DNA of 64,000 bases from Cyanobium sp. (GTDB taxonomy: Bacteria; Cyanobacteriota; Cyanobacteriia; PCC-6307; Cyanobiaceae). Of the stretch, positions 37,231 to 46,854 are shown piece by piece. Under the pieces are notes generated by a model that was given only the letters and a program-made list of their open reading frames with translations, was not told the DNA's origin and did not search any database. The first letter of the stretch is position 1, and each line of letters begins with the position of its first letter. A program made the translations under genes and the position numbers. Location of the stretch: the NCBI GenBank assembly GCA_044360135.1, contig JBIKKX010000006.1, forward strand, positions 10,028 through 74,027, written 5' to 3'.

Positions 37231-37779
37231 TCAGGGCTGGCGCTCGATCGGTGCGATCGCTGCCGGGGTGCCGACCAGGATCCCCAGTCGCGCCGCTTCT
37301 CCTGCAGCCAGCTCAACCACCCCATCGGAGGCTTGGCTGGGGCCATAGCTGCGGCAGGGCAGGTGCGGACAGGGACTTGTGTTGGCCTCGATCGCGATCA
37401 CGCGATGATTCCGTAGGAATATCATGTCTAACGGCTCCGGCGTGCGATGCATCCAGAACCGCAGCGTCTGAGGCTCCGAATAGGGAAACCACATGCCACG
37501 CAGCGGCGCCAATCGGCTGCGAAGCTGCAGGCCAAGGGTCTGTTCCCTCGGTTCATCGGCCACTTCCAGAAGGATGCACTCGCCCTGGGGCAGGCACCAC
37601 CGGGATTCCAGCGGCAGCTGCTGGGGAGGCTGCCGGGCTGGCGGCTCGGCAAGGGATGGCGGCGGCTGGGCGGCCAGGGCGACGCTCAGCAAGCCCATCA
37701 GGCCGCCAGTGGCTCTGACCAAGGGGTGGCCGCGTTTGGATGGCATGGGTGCAGGGACCTGGGCCTGGGGGTCAGCCAT
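37231..37779 (-). CDS. DUF192 domain protein
   Basis: LLEVADEPREQTLGLQLRSRLAPLRGMWFPY...RFWMHRTPEPLDMIFL...VVELAAGEAARLGI matches the DUF192 pattern (vEvAdT-GLM-GMLF-FWMkNT-LDiiF-vLEl-G). The start is chosen at the ATG that overlaps the upstream stop by 8 nt. Confidence 0.75.
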   Translation of the reverse strand: MADPQAQVPAPMPSKRGHPLVRATGGLMGLLSVALAAQPPPSLAEPPARQPPQQLPLESRWCLPQGECILLEVADEPREQTLGLQLRSRLAPLRGMWFPYSEPQTLRFWMHRTPEPLDMIFLRNHRVIAIEANTSPCPHLPCRSYGPSQASDGVVELAAGEAARLGILVGTPAAIAPIERQP

Positions 37780-38524
37780 GGGGTGGGGCCTCGCCGAGGC
37801 AGTAGCCACGGCCCCGCACGGTGTGGATCAGGCGCCGCTCGCCGCCCTGCTCCAGCTTCTGGCGGAGATAGCGCACATACACCTCAATCACATTGCTGGC
37901 CGCTGGCCGCTCCTCCTGCCAGATCGCCCCGAGAATCTGCTCCCGGCTCACCACGCTGCCGCTGTGCTCCAGCAGCAGCAGCAGCAGGTCGTATTCCCTG
38001 GCGGTGAGGCTGAGTTGGCGTTTGCCGCGGCGCACCTCCCGAGTCAGGGGATCGACGCACAGGTCCGCCACCCGCAGGGCTGGGGCGGTGGCGGTGCGGA
38101 CGGTCGCTGGCACGGTCCGCTGCTGTTGTCTCCGGCCCAGGTGCAGCCGCAATCGGGTGAGCAGGTCGCTCGGACCGATGGCCGTGATCCAGAAGTCGTC
38201 AGCACCGCAGCTCAGACAGTGCACCCTCCCCTCGAAGCTGTCGCTGGCGATACCGAGCAGCAGGGGAACGCCGGGGTAGCGCTGGCGCAGCGCTGGGATC
38301 AGGCCATCGGCTTCCGCCGCCAGGATCACCGCCCCCGGGGCCGGGGCGCAGGCCTCCAGGGGGGCGTCGGGGCAGCGGGGCAGGTAGCCCGAGAGGGCGA
38401 GCCTGGGGGCGAGGGCCCCAGCGCCTTCGCCGACCAGCAGCACTGTGACCGGCTCACCGCCCTCAGATCCGGGGACTGGCTCCGCTGGGGGGCCGTCGGG
38501 GCGGGGGCGCTTCTCGGCGGTCAT
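37772..38524 (-). CDS. OmpR/PhoB-family DNA-binding regulator with a degenerate (pseudo-)receiver domain
   Basis: The C-terminal winged helix reads [32 protein letters not shown]...[13 protein letters not shown]...IHTVRGRGY. The receiver-like N-terminus has LLVGEGAG where the acidic DD pair is expected, VILAAEADG where the phospho-Asp is expected, and [12 protein letters not shown] where KPF is expected. Confidence 0.8.
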   Translation of the reverse strand: MTAEKRPRPDGPPAEPVPGSEGGEPVTVLLVGEGAGALAPRLALSGYLPRCPDAPLEACAPAPGAVILAAEADGLIPALRQRYPGVPLLLGIASDSFEGRVHCLSCGADDFWITAIGPSDLLTRLRLHLGRRQQQRTVPATVRTATAPALRVADLCVDPLTREVRRGKRQLSLTAREYDLLLLLLEHSGSVVSREQILGAIWQEERPAASNVIEVYVRYLRQKLEQGGERRLIHTVRGRGYCLGEAPPHG

Positions 38525-39492
38525 GGTCCGATCGGCAGATTCGCGGCCTCGGCAGGCTCCAGACCGTTCCCGGGTTTGGCCACGTGGGGCAGCCCCCAGC
38601 CGAGCTTGTTGCGCAGCACTTGGAAGAATTCATGGTTCGCCAGCCTCACGAACCGCACCGGATGCTCGCAGCGCCGGATCAGCACCCGATCCTCCGGCCA
38701 CACGTAACAGCCGGCGCTGCCGTCCACCACCATCATCAGCCGCTCGGGGGTGGCTGGGAACACCGTCACCGGCTCCCGGTCGCTGAACACCAGGGCCCGG
38801 GAGGCCAGGGAGTGGGCCGCGATCGGGGTGAGCTGCAGCACCGGGCAATCGGGGGTGATCACAGGCCCGCCGGCGCTGAGGGCATAGGCCGTGGAGCCGG
38901 TGGGGCTGGACAGGATCACACCATCGGCGGCGATGTCGACCGGGGCATGGCGGCCGATCGCAATCTCGAAGTGGCACATGCTCGTGAGCGGCTCGCGGTG
39001 CAGGGCCATTTCGTTGAGGCAAAGCACCTCCCAGCGCCGCTGCTCCCCCCGCATCACACTGACCACCAGCATGGTGCGCTCCTCCACCGTCCACTCGCCT
39101 GTCACCACCTGCTCGAGCACCCGGTCGAGATCGCGCAGGTAGGCCTCGGCGAGAAAGCCAAGGTGGCCCGTGTTGATCGTCAGGATCGGCACCCCGATCG
39201 GGGCTGTCTGACGCGCCGCTGAGAGCACCGTGCCATCGCCACCGAGCACCAGGGCCAGGGGCATGGCGCCATCGAAGGAGGGGGGCACGCAGGCGTTGTA
39301 GCCGCGGCTGCGAAGGTGCTGGTCGGGATTGGCAAAACCCACCACGCCGCCGGCACTGCTGACGCGCACCACCTCCAGACCGGCGGCCGCCAGTCGTTCC
39401 TCGATGACGGCGGCGGTGGCCAGGGCCAGCTCCTTGCCATCGTTGACGATCAGGCCGACACGGGTCACCGATGCGGCGGAGCAGGACCCCAT
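38521..39492 (-). CDS. nadK: NAD+ kinase
   Basis: [14 protein letters not shown] (the GGDG motif), [10 protein letters not shown] and [23 protein letters not shown]. Confidence 0.9.
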   Translation of the reverse strand: MGSCSAASVTRVGLIVNDGKELALATAAVIEERLAAAGLEVVRVSSAGGVVGFANPDQHLRSRGYNACVPPSFDGAMPLALVLGGDGTVLSAARQTAPIGVPILTINTGHLGFLAEAYLRDLDRVLEQVVTGEWTVEERTMLVVSVMRGEQRRWEVLCLNEMALHREPLTSMCHFEIAIGRHAPVDIAADGVILSSPTGSTAYALSAGGPVITPDCPVLQLTPIAAHSLASRALVFSDREPVTVFPATPERLMMVVDGSAGCYVWPEDRVLIRRCEHPVRFVRLANHEFFQVLRNKLGWGLPHVAKPGNGLEPAEAANLPIGP

Positions 39493-39509
39493 GAGTGTAT
39501 GGGGGCCGA

Positions 39510-40532
39510 TCAGAACTGCTCGAGGAAGCGCAGATCGCTGCTGTAGAGCCGGCGGATGTCGTCGATGCCGTGGCGCACCATGCAGAACCGCTCCACCCCC
39601 AGCCCGGCGGCGAAGCCGCTCCAGCGTTCCGGGTCGATCCCCAGGCCCTCCAGCACCGCCGGATCGACCATGCCGCAGCCCATCACCTCAAGCCAGCGGC
39701 CACGCCACTGCACATCGACCTCGGCGGAGGGCTCGGTGAAGGGAAAGTAACTGGCGCGGAAGCGCACCGGCAGATCGCCGAAGAAGCGCTCCAGGAAGGT
39801 GGTCACCGTGCCGCGCAGGTGGCTGAAATCCAGACCCTCATCCAGGGCCAGCACCTCCACCTGGTGGAACACCGGCGAGTGGGTCGCATCCACAGCATCG
39901 CGGCGGAAGACGCGGCCAGGGGCGACGATCCGCACTGGCGGTGGGTTGGCCTCCAGATGGCGGATCTGCACCGGTGAAGTGTGGGTGCGCAGCAGGCGCT
40001 CACTGCCATCCGGTCCGGGGGCCAGGTAGAACGTGTCCTGCATGTCCCGGGCCGGGTGGTGGGGCGGGATGTTGAGGGCCGTGAAGTTGTAATGGTCGCT
40101 CTCCACTTCGGGGCCTTCGGAGACCCGATAGCCCAGCCCCGCGAAGATGTCGAGAATTTCCTCCACCGTCGCCTGCAGCGGGTGGCGATGGCCCGGCGGC
40201 CCGTAGCGGCAGGGGGCGGTCACGTCGAGGCTCTCGCTGGCGATCCGCTCGGCCATGGCGGCGGAGCGCAGCTGCTCGAGGCGGGCGCCCAGCCGCTGCT
40301 GCACCTGCTCCTTGAGCACGTTGGCCCGCTGTCCCAGTTGGGGACGCTCCTCCCCAGGCAGCCGTCCCATGGCGCCGAGCACGGCGGAGAGGCGCCCTTT
40401 CTTGCCGAGCAGCTCCACCCGCAGCTGCTCCAGGTCGGCGGGCCCCGGGGCCGCCTCGATGGCTGCGGTTGCCTCGGCCTCCAGGGCCTCCAGCTGGTCG
40501 GTGAGCTGCTGCAGAGAGATCGTGGCGCTCAC
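39510..40532 (-). CDS. pheS: phenylalanine--tRNA ligase alpha subunit
   Basis: [48 protein letters not shown] and [12 protein letters not shown] are class II aaRS motifs. A GTG start at 40532 gives about 340 aa. The track ORF's Arg/Pro/Gly-rich N-terminal extension to 40913 is rejected. Confidence 0.9.
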   Translation of the reverse strand: MSATISLQQLTDQLEALEAEATAAIEAAPGPADLEQLRVELLGKKGRLSAVLGAMGRLPGEERPQLGQRANVLKEQVQQRLGARLEQLRSAAMAERIASESLDVTAPCRYGPPGHRHPLQATVEEILDIFAGLGYRVSEGPEVESDHYNFTALNIPPHHPARDMQDTFYLAPGPDGSERLLRTHTSPVQIRHLEANPPPVRIVAPGRVFRRDAVDATHSPVFHQVEVLALDEGLDFSHLRGTVTTFLERFFGDLPVRFRASYFPFTEPSAEVDVQWRGRWLEVMGCGMVDPAVLEGLGIDPERWSGFAAGLGVERFCMVRHGIDDIRRLYSSDLRFLEQF

Positions 40533-40772
40533 GGCGGCGGGGCTTGGCAGGGGGCGAAGGCCGACTGTAGGGAGTGCCGGGCGGGGAGCTGCCACCCCTG
40601 CCGCCGCTTGGGGCCGACCGCTGCCTGCTGGGCCGCCATGGGCTGCCCGGGGACCGGGGCGGCGGCGGCCTGGGCCGGGACGGCGGCGGCTCCGGTCCGA
40701 GCCCGAAGCAGCGCGGCCGGCATCGCGATCCCTCGGCCCCGTGGCAGCCTGGCCTCCATAGCCCCGTGTGCC

Positions 40773-41588
40773 ATGGCCCCGTTCCGGATCCTGATCAGCA
40801 ACGACGACGGGGTCTTCGCGGCGGGCATCCAGGCCCTGGCGGCCGAGGCCGTGGCCCGGGGCCACCACGTCACGGTGGTCTGCCCCGATCAGGAGCGCTC
40901 CGCCACCGGTCATGGCCTCACCCTCCAGACCCCCCTGCGGGCCGAGCGCGCCGACCAGCTGTTCGCCCCCGGGGTCACCGCCTGGGCCTGCAGCGGCACC
41001 CCCTCCGACTGCGTCAAGCTCGCCCTGTTCCGCTTACTGGAGGAGCCCCCGCAGTTGGTGCTCTCCGGCATCAACCATGGTCCGAATCTGGGCACCGATG
41101 TCCTCTATTCCGGCACCGTCAGCGCCGCCATGGAGGGCACGATCGAGGGCTATCCCGCCCTGGCCGTGAGCAGCGCCGATTTTCATTGGCGCCAGTTCGG
41201 TCCCGCTGCCCGCATCACCCTGGATCTGGCCGAGGCGATGCTCGCCGCCGGCTGGCGGGAGGGGATGCTGCTCAACCTCAATGTCCCGCCCCGGCCCGCC
41301 GAGGCGATCGGCCCGCTGCGCTGGTGCCGGCCGGCGGTGCGCCGCTACAGCGACCAGTTCGACCGCCGCATCGATCCCCGGGGCCGCACCTACTTCTGGC
41401 TGGCGGGGGAGGTGGTCGACGACCTGGAGGCCGCCGTGGCGGGGCCGGCGGACTGGCCCACCGATGTGGCCTGGATTGCCGGTGGTGGCGTCTCCCTTTC
41501 GCCCCTGCAACCGGAGCTGTTCTGGCGAGGAGACACAGCCAGCCTGCCGCCGCCGCAGGCCCTGCCCATTCAGCCGGCGGCGGAGTGA
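40773..41588 (+). CDS. surE: 5'/3'-nucleotidase SurE
   Basis: [48 protein letters not shown]. The track ORF 39981-41588 is an antisense-of-pheS extension of this gene. Confidence 0.9.
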   Translation: MAPFRILISNDDGVFAAGIQALAAEAVARGHHVTVVCPDQERSATGHGLTLQTPLRAERADQLFAPGVTAWACSGTPSDCVKLALFRLLEEPPQLVLSGINHGPNLGTDVLYSGTVSAAMEGTIEGYPALAVSSADFHWRQFGPAARITLDLAEAMLAAGWREGMLLNLNVPPRPAEAIGPLRWCRPAVRRYSDQFDRRIDPRGRTYFWLAGEVVDDLEAAVAGPADWPTDVAWIAGGGVSLSPLQPELFWRGDTASLPPPQALPIQPAAE

Positions 41589-41625
41589 GCCTGCGGCTAA
41601 CCACGCCGCCCGGTTGGGGGGCGTC

Positions 41626-42204
41626 TCAGGCCCGGCGGAAGATCCGCTGCAGCATCCACAGCGAGAAGCCCAGGCCGAGCAGATGGGCGAACAGCACCTG
41701 GGTGTTGCTGAGCACCGAGAGCATCTCGATCGAGGTGATCGGGTAGGTGCTGATCGGTGACTGGCCGCCGCCCGGGTAGGCCATCGGCCCGAACAGGCCG
41801 GGTGCCTGCATCGAGGCCTGCAGGAACAGGCTGCCCGCCAGCGCCTGATACCCCACCGCCGCAACCGTCAGGCCGGCCAGATCCACCAGCAGGCCCCGCT
41901 TGATCAGCCGGCTCGTCTCGCCCCGCGAGGGTGGCGCAGCGCTGGCCAGGGCCCGGCCGCAGCGGATCACCAGCCAGCACTGCCAGAGGCTCCAGGCCAG
42001 CAGCAGAAACGACAGGGTGGTGAAGGAGAGGCCGGGCCCAAGGCCGAGGGCGCGCTGGGCGTTGGCCGCCACCCGGGTGCCGACGTTGTTGAACAGCAGC
42101 ACCCCCACCACCACCACCGCCAGGGCCAGCTGGGTCCAGAAGCGCACCCACCCGATCAGGCGCAGGGCGTTGGCGATGCGGGGCAGATCCGGTGGCGCGA
42201 CCAT
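41626..42204 (-). CDS. DUF3611-like integral membrane protein
   Basis: Four predicted TM helices. The N-terminus LRLIGWVRFWTQLALAVVVVGVLLF resembles the DUF3611 family pattern as I recall it. Confidence 0.55.
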   Translation of the reverse strand: MVAPPDLPRIANALRLIGWVRFWTQLALAVVVVGVLLFNNVGTRVAANAQRALGLGPGLSFTTLSFLLLAWSLWQCWLVIRCGRALASAAPPSRGETSRLIKRGLLVDLAGLTVAAVGYQALAGSLFLQASMQAPGLFGPMAYPGGGQSPISTYPITSIEMLSVLSNTQVLFAHLLGLGFSLWMLQRIFRRA

Positions 42205-43315
42205 GGTCCCTTTGCCTGGCAGGGCCCCAAACTTGGCATGGGAGGATCACCGTGGCGAGCGCCTGGCGTTGATCCCCCTGTCGATTCCGCTTCACAGCCC
42301 CGACCAGGCCCTCGGACCCACCGCCATCGCCCTGGGCAGTTTCGATGGGCTGCACCGCGGCCATCGGCGGGTGATTGCTGCCGTCACAGGCGAGGCGGCC
42401 CCTGAGCAGGCCGTGCCCAGCGTGGTCAGCTTCTGGCCCCATCCCCGTGAAGTCCTGCACGGAGAGACCCGCCTGCGGCTGGATCTGCCCGAGGAGAAGC
42501 TGGACCTGCTGGCGCCGCTGGGGATCCGCCAGCTGGTGCTGATCCCCTTCACCAAGGACCTGGCCGCCCTCAGCCCGGAGGCCTTCGTGCACTCCGTTCT
42601 GGTCGACAAGCTCAACGCCCGCCTGGTGGCGGTGGGGGAGAACTTCCGCTTCGGGGCCGGCAGGAGCGGCTCGGCGGCTGACCTTGCCCGGATCGGGGCC
42701 GATTGCGGCATTGCCGTGCGGGTGTTGCCGATGCTCTGGGATGGGGCCGAGAGGGTCAGCAGCAGCCGCATCCGGCGCGCCCTGCTTGGCGGCGACCTGG
42801 AGGAGGCGACCCGGCTGCTGGAGCGCCCCTACCGGTTCGCCGGCCGGGTGGTGCCGGGCAAGGGGCTGGGGCGCCAGCTGGGCTGGCCCACGGCCAACCT
42901 GCTGGTCGATGGCCGCAAATTTCTGCCCGCCGAGGGGGTCTATGCCGTGTGGGTGAGCCGGGCGGGTGATCCGGGCCCGCCCCAGCCAGGGGTGATGAAT
43001 CTTGGCCCCCAGCCCACCATCGATCCCGAGTCCCCTTCGGCGGTGGAGGTGCATCTCCTCGCTGACGGTCCAGGGGTGCGCGCAACCAGCGCTGGTGAGG
43101 GGGGGCTTGGGGGGGATTCCGGCGCTGTCGGCAAAGCCAGCGTGCCCGACCTCCGGGGCGCTTTTCTCAGCGTGGAACCGGTGCGGCTGCTGCGGCAGCA
43201 ACGGCGGTTCGCCGGTCTGGAGGAGCTCACGGCCGCGATCGCAGCCGATGCAGCGGCGGCCCGGCAAATCCTGGCCGAGGCTGCGGCAGCGGGCCTGCTT
43301 CAGCCGCCGGCGTAG
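42203..43315 (+). CDS. ribF: bifunctional riboflavin kinase / FMN adenylyltransferase
   Basis: ALGSFDGLHRGH, SFWPHPREVL, VGENFRFG and VVPGKGLGRQLGWPTANL. The start is uncertain; an in-frame TTG about 20 codons downstream is possible. Confidence 0.85.
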   Translation: MVPLPGRAPNLAWEDHRGERLALIPLSIPLHSPDQALGPTAIALGSFDGLHRGHRRVIAAVTGEAAPEQAVPSVVSFWPHPREVLHGETRLRLDLPEEKLDLLAPLGIRQLVLIPFTKDLAALSPEAFVHSVLVDKLNARLVAVGENFRFGAGRSGSAADLARIGADCGIAVRVLPMLWDGAERVSSSRIRRALLGGDLEEATRLLERPYRFAGRVVPGKGLGRQLGWPTANLLVDGRKFLPAEGVYAVWVSRAGDPGPPQPGVMNLGPQPTIDPESPSAVEVHLLADGPGVRATSAGEGGLGGDSGAVGKASVPDLRGAFLSVEPVRLLRQQRRFAGLEELTAAIAADAAAARQILAEAAAAGLLQPPA

Positions 43316-43425
43316 GCATGGCTGAGGCCCCAGCTGATGAAGAGAGCGATCGCCCCCATCAGCAGGATGCCCGAGAGGAGAGGCAGCACAGGGTTATCCT
43401 CGCCGCCACCTGGCTCATCAACCAT
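43300..43425 (-). CDS. possible 41-aa single-TM peptide (below the track's length cutoff)
   Basis: Minus-strand ATG at 43425: MVDEPGGGEDNPVLPLLSGILLMGAIALFISWGLSHAYAGG*. It has a clean hydrophobic helix and lies between ribF and thiE. No family recognised. Confidence 0.25.
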   Translation of the reverse strand: MVDEPGGGEDNPVLPLLSGILLMGAIALFISWGLSHAYAGG

Positions 43426-43478
43426 GGGTTCTCCAGGGGGGCGCCCAGCCTAGGGACCCCACGACGACCTGTGCCACT

Positions 43479-44618
43479 GTGACCGACGCTCCGAGCCAAG
43501 CCCAGTCCTCGCCTGAGTCCAGCCCGGGAGCGACCGTTCCCGCACCGGTGGCCCGACTGCTCGACGCCAACCTGGACCGCGCCCGAGAGGGCCTGCGGGT
43601 GTTGGAGGACTGGGCCCGCTTCGGTCTCGACCGCCCCGATCTGGTGTCCCGCTGCAAGGACCTGCGCCAGCAGCTCGGGCTGATTCACCGCGAGTCCTAC
43701 AAATGGGCCCGTCACACCGCCAGCGACGGTGCCGCGGGTCTCGGCCATCCCGCCCAGGCGAAGCGCCAGGACCCCACCGCCGTGGTGGCGGCTAACGCGG
43801 CCCGGGTGCAGGAGGCCCTGCGGGTGCTTGAGGAATTCGGCCGCCCCCACGACCCCGAACTCGCCGCCGTGTCGGCCCGGGCGCGTTATGCCCTCTACGA
43901 CCTGGAGGTGGACCTGTTGCGCGCCCATGGCAGCGGTGCTGAGCGACGCGCCCTGCTGGGCCGCTGCCGCCTCTACCTGATCATCGGCAGCGGCGCCCCG
44001 GCGCAGGCAGCGGCCGCCGCAGCCCTCCGAGCCGGGGTGCGGATTCTCCAGTACCGACCCAAGGATGGGGTGGCGCGCAACGATCGCCAGCTGCTTGAGG
44101 AGGCCCGCCTGCTGCGCCTGCTCTGCCAGCAGCATGGGGCTCTGTTCCTGGTCAACGACCGGATCGACCTGGCCCTGGCGGTGGAGGCCGATGGCGTGCA
44201 CCTCGGCCAGACCGATCTTCCGGTGGCCGTGGCCCGCCGGCTGCTGGGGGCCGACCGCTTGATCGGCTGCAGCACCCACGCCCTCGACCAGCTGGAGCTG
44301 GCGGTGGCCGAAGGCTGCGACTACGTGGGGGTCGGCCCCGTCAATGCCACGCCCACCAAGCCGGGGCGAGAACCCGTGGGCCTGGCCTATGTGGCGGCGG
44401 CGGCGGCCCGCTGTCCCATCCCCTTCTTCGCCATCGGCGGCATCGATGCCGCCAACCTGCCGGCCGTGATCGCCGCTGGAGCCTCCCGGGTGTCGGTGGT
44501 GCGGGCCATCGGCGGGGCGGACGATCCGGGCGCCGCGGCAGCTGATCTACTCACCCGGCTGGGGCAGATCCCCGATGGCGGCGCGGTGGGGCCTGGCGAG
44601 GGAGGTGCCGATGGCTGA
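43479..44618 (+). CDS. thiE: thiamine-phosphate synthase (long cyanobacterial form with an N-terminal domain)
   Basis: The C-terminal TIM barrel reads ILQYRPKD, FLVNDRIDLALAVEADGVHLGQTDLP, YVGVGPVNATPTKPG and FFAIGGI. The start is a GTG. Confidence 0.85.
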   Translation: MTDAPSQAQSSPESSPGATVPAPVARLLDANLDRAREGLRVLEDWARFGLDRPDLVSRCKDLRQQLGLIHRESYKWARHTASDGAAGLGHPAQAKRQDPTAVVAANAARVQEALRVLEEFGRPHDPELAAVSARARYALYDLEVDLLRAHGSGAERRALLGRCRLYLIIGSGAPAQAAAAAALRAGVRILQYRPKDGVARNDRQLLEEARLLRLLCQQHGALFLVNDRIDLALAVEADGVHLGQTDLPVAVARRLLGADRLIGCSTHALDQLELAVAEGCDYVGVGPVNATPTKPGREPVGLAYVAAAAARCPIPFFAIGGIDAANLPAVIAAGASRVSVVRAIGGADDPGAAAADLLTRLGQIPDGGAVGPGEGGADG

Positions 44619-44823
44619 GCTCCAGATTCGCTTGAATGGTCAGCCCCACGGTTGCCGCCCCGGGCTCAGCCTGCAGGACCTGCTGGTGGAGCTTGGCTAT
44701 CAGCCTCGGCTGGTCGTGGTCGAATACAACGGCGCCATCCTGCCGCGGCAGGCCTGGCCCGAACAGGCGGTGATGGAATCCGACGTGATCGAGGTGGTCA
44801 CCATCGTGGGGGGGGGTTCCTAG
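44611..44823 (+). CDS. thiS: sulfur-carrier protein ThiS
   Basis: MAELQIRLNGQPH...VVVEYNGAILPR...DVIEVVTIVGGG has the size and fold of a ubiquitin-like protein with the C-terminal GG. It overlaps the thiE stop by 8 nt. Confidence 0.8.
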   Translation: MAELQIRLNGQPHGCRPGLSLQDLLVELGYQPRLVVVEYNGAILPRQAWPEQAVMESDVIEVVTIVGGGS

Positions 44824-44850
44824 ATTCCGATCGATTCTTTCGAGCCAGTC

Positions 44851-45864
44851 ATGGCCCATCGACCTCAGCGCCGTCTCACCGGCCTGGTCTCCTCCCTGCT
44901 GGTGCCGATGCTGGTGATGAGCCTGCTGCTCGTCTCCCCCGCCCCGGGTCAGGCTGCCAGCGGCGGGCGCATCGGCGGCGGCAGCTTCCGCTCCGCCCCC
45001 TCCGCCCCCCGCACCTACCGGGGGGGTGGATCCGGCGGCACCTACCGGGGCGGCTCGCCCGGGGGCTATCGGGGTGGTTACGGCGGCGGTTACTACGGCG
45101 GCTACGGGGGCTATGGCGGTGGGTATTACGGCGGTGGCGGCCTCGGCTTCCCCTTTGTGGTTCCGTTCTTCGGTTTCGGCGGTGGCCTGCTGGGTCTGCT
45201 TGTGCTGATGGCGGTGGTGGGCCTGATGCTCAATGCCCTGCGCGGTGCCGCCCCCGGCATCGAGGGTGGCGGGCGCGACGCCCTGGAGGGGGCGGTGGAC
45301 GGACCGGTGGCGATTGCCGAGCTCCAGGTGGGGCTGCTGGCCTCGGCCCGTGAGCTGCAGGCCGATCTGCGTCGCCTCGCCGCCACGGCGGACACCGGTT
45401 CCAGCGCCGGCCTGCAGCGGGTGCTGCAGGAAACCTGCCTGGCTCTGCTCCGCAACCCCGAGCTCTGGGTCTATGCCAACGGCGAGGTCGGCCAGGTGCC
45501 CTTCGCCAGTGCCGAAGCCACCTTCAACCGCCTGTCGGTGCGCGAGCGCAGCAAGCTGGAGCGTGAGCTCACCACCAACGTGGCCGGCGTGCGCAGCGGC
45601 GGCAGCGCCATCGGCCTGCAGCCCGGCGCCAGCGATGCCACCAGCGATTACATCGCCGTGACCCTGCTGATCGCCAGCCGCCGCGCCATCAGCCTGCGCG
45701 GCACCGATACCGCCGAGGCGCTTCGCGAGACCCTCCAACAGCTCGGTGGCATCGGCGCCGACCAGCTGCTGGCCCTCGAGGTGATCTGGCAGCCCGAGGG
45801 TGTGGGCGAAGTGCTGAGCGCTGACCAGCTGCTCACCGCCTATCCCCAGCTCCAGCACCTCTGA
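44851..45864 (+). CDS. DUF1517-like membrane protein with a Gly/Tyr-rich low-complexity region
   Basis: Order along the protein: signal/anchor, GGYRGGYGGGYYGGYGGYGGGYYGGGG, a TM helix, then a conserved C-terminal domain (VAIAELQVGLLASARELQADL...ALEVIWQPE). Confidence 0.7.
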   Translation: MAHRPQRRLTGLVSSLLVPMLVMSLLLVSPAPGQAASGGRIGGGSFRSAPSAPRTYRGGGSGGTYRGGSPGGYRGGYGGGYYGGYGGYGGGYYGGGGLGFPFVVPFFGFGGGLLGLLVLMAVVGLMLNALRGAAPGIEGGGRDALEGAVDGPVAIAELQVGLLASARELQADLRRLAATADTGSSAGLQRVLQETCLALLRNPELWVYANGEVGQVPFASAEATFNRLSVRERSKLERELTTNVAGVRSGGSAIGLQPGASDATSDYIAVTLLIASRRAISLRGTDTAEALRETLQQLGGIGADQLLALEVIWQPEGVGEVLSADQLLTAYPQLQHL

Positions 45865-45870
45865 GTGTCC

Positions 45871-45895
45871 CGGCCGGGGCCCAAAGCCCCGGCCG
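45871..45895. terminator. G+C-rich hairpin between convergent genes (terminator-like, no clear U-tract)
   Basis: CGGCCGGGGC-CCAAA-GCCCCGGCCG has a perfect 10-bp stem and starts 7 nt after the DUF1517 stop. Confidence 0.35.
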
Positions 45896-46096
45896 TCTGC
45901 CCAGCAAGTCGCCTTGCCGATCCTTGGAGCCTCCGGCGCTCCCCTCCTGGGTCAACACTGCCGTGCTGCTGAAACCGATGGAACGGCACGTGCAGGGGCG
46001 ACGTTCCAGGCCCTGTCTCCCTGGCTGGTTTCGCTGTTTGCGCTGGAGCCCGATCCGCAGGAGCCTGTTGATCCTGCGGAGCCCCTCAGCCGATCC

Positions 46097-46849
46097 TCAG
46101 GCCGGCCCGCCGCTGGGCTGGGCGGCTGAAGGGCGGCCCCCCCTCAGGATCCGAAGGGCCGCCATCGCAGCTCCATAGCCGTTGTCGATGTTGACCACGC
46201 ACAGCCCCGGGGCGCAACTGGCCAGCATCCCCTGCAAGGCCGCCTGGCCGCCGGCGCTCACCCCGTAGCCCACCGACACCGGCACGCCGATCACCGGTTG
46301 GGGGAGCAGACCCGCCAGCACCGTGGGCAGGGCCCCCTCCATGCCGGCACAGGCGATCAGCAGCGGGGCCCGTCGCAGGGTCTCAAGCCGATCCAGCAGG
46401 CGATGCAGCCCGGCCACCCCCACATCCAGCAGCAGCTCGGCGGCGACTCCATGGCAGGCCAGCGCCAGCTGCGCCTCGGAGGCCACCGTGAGGTCACTGC
46501 TGCCCCCCGCCAGGATCAGCAGCGGCTCCTGCGCAGGGTCGGGAGCTGGCAAGGGATGGCTGGCCAGGCAGCGGGCGTCGCGGTGGTGGCGGTAGAGGGC
46601 GGGGTCCAACCCATGGGCTGGCAGGGCCTCCAGCAGGGGGGGCAGCCGCTCCGGGGCCAGGCGGGTCACCAGCGTCGTCTCCCCACCCTGACGCAGGCCC
46701 TTGAGGGCGGCGATGATCTGCTCCTGGCTCTTGTGCTCCCCCCAGATCGCCTCGACCATGCCGATCCGGGCGCGGCGACCCAGATCGAGCCGCAGATCAT
46801 CACGCTCCGCGGGGGAGGCGGCCATCGCTGCAGTGGGATCGGTTGCCAT
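46097..46849 (-). CDS. larB: LarB-like (PurE-fold) nickel-pincer cofactor biosynthesis carboxylase/hydrolase
   Basis: RIGMVEAIWGEHKS, ILAGGSSDLTVASEA, ACAGMEGALPTVLAGL, VIGVPVSVGYG and VNIDNGYGAA. Confidence 0.8.
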   Translation of the reverse strand: MATDPTAAMAASPAERDDLRLDLGRRARIGMVEAIWGEHKSQEQIIAALKGLRQGGETTLVTRLAPERLPPLLEALPAHGLDPALYRHHRDARCLASHPLPAPDPAQEPLLILAGGSSDLTVASEAQLALACHGVAAELLLDVGVAGLHRLLDRLETLRRAPLLIACAGMEGALPTVLAGLLPQPVIGVPVSVGYGVSAGGQAALQGMLASCAPGLCVVNIDNGYGAAMAALRILRGGRPSAAQPSGGPA

Positions 46850-46854
46850 CGGGG

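Noticed and set aside
39981-40772. The N-terminal 264 codons of track ORF 39981-41588
   Set aside because: This stretch lies antisense to pheS. The canonical SurE N-terminus [13 protein letters not shown] begins at the ATG at 40773.
43326-43478. Looked for a TPP riboswitch upstream of thiE, an FMN riboswitch near ribD/ribF and a cobalamin riboswitch near cobL
   Set aside because: None of the conserved core strings I know for these riboswitches (for example CUGAGA ... ACCUGAUCUGGAUAAUGCCAGCG for TPP) is visible in the relevant leaders.
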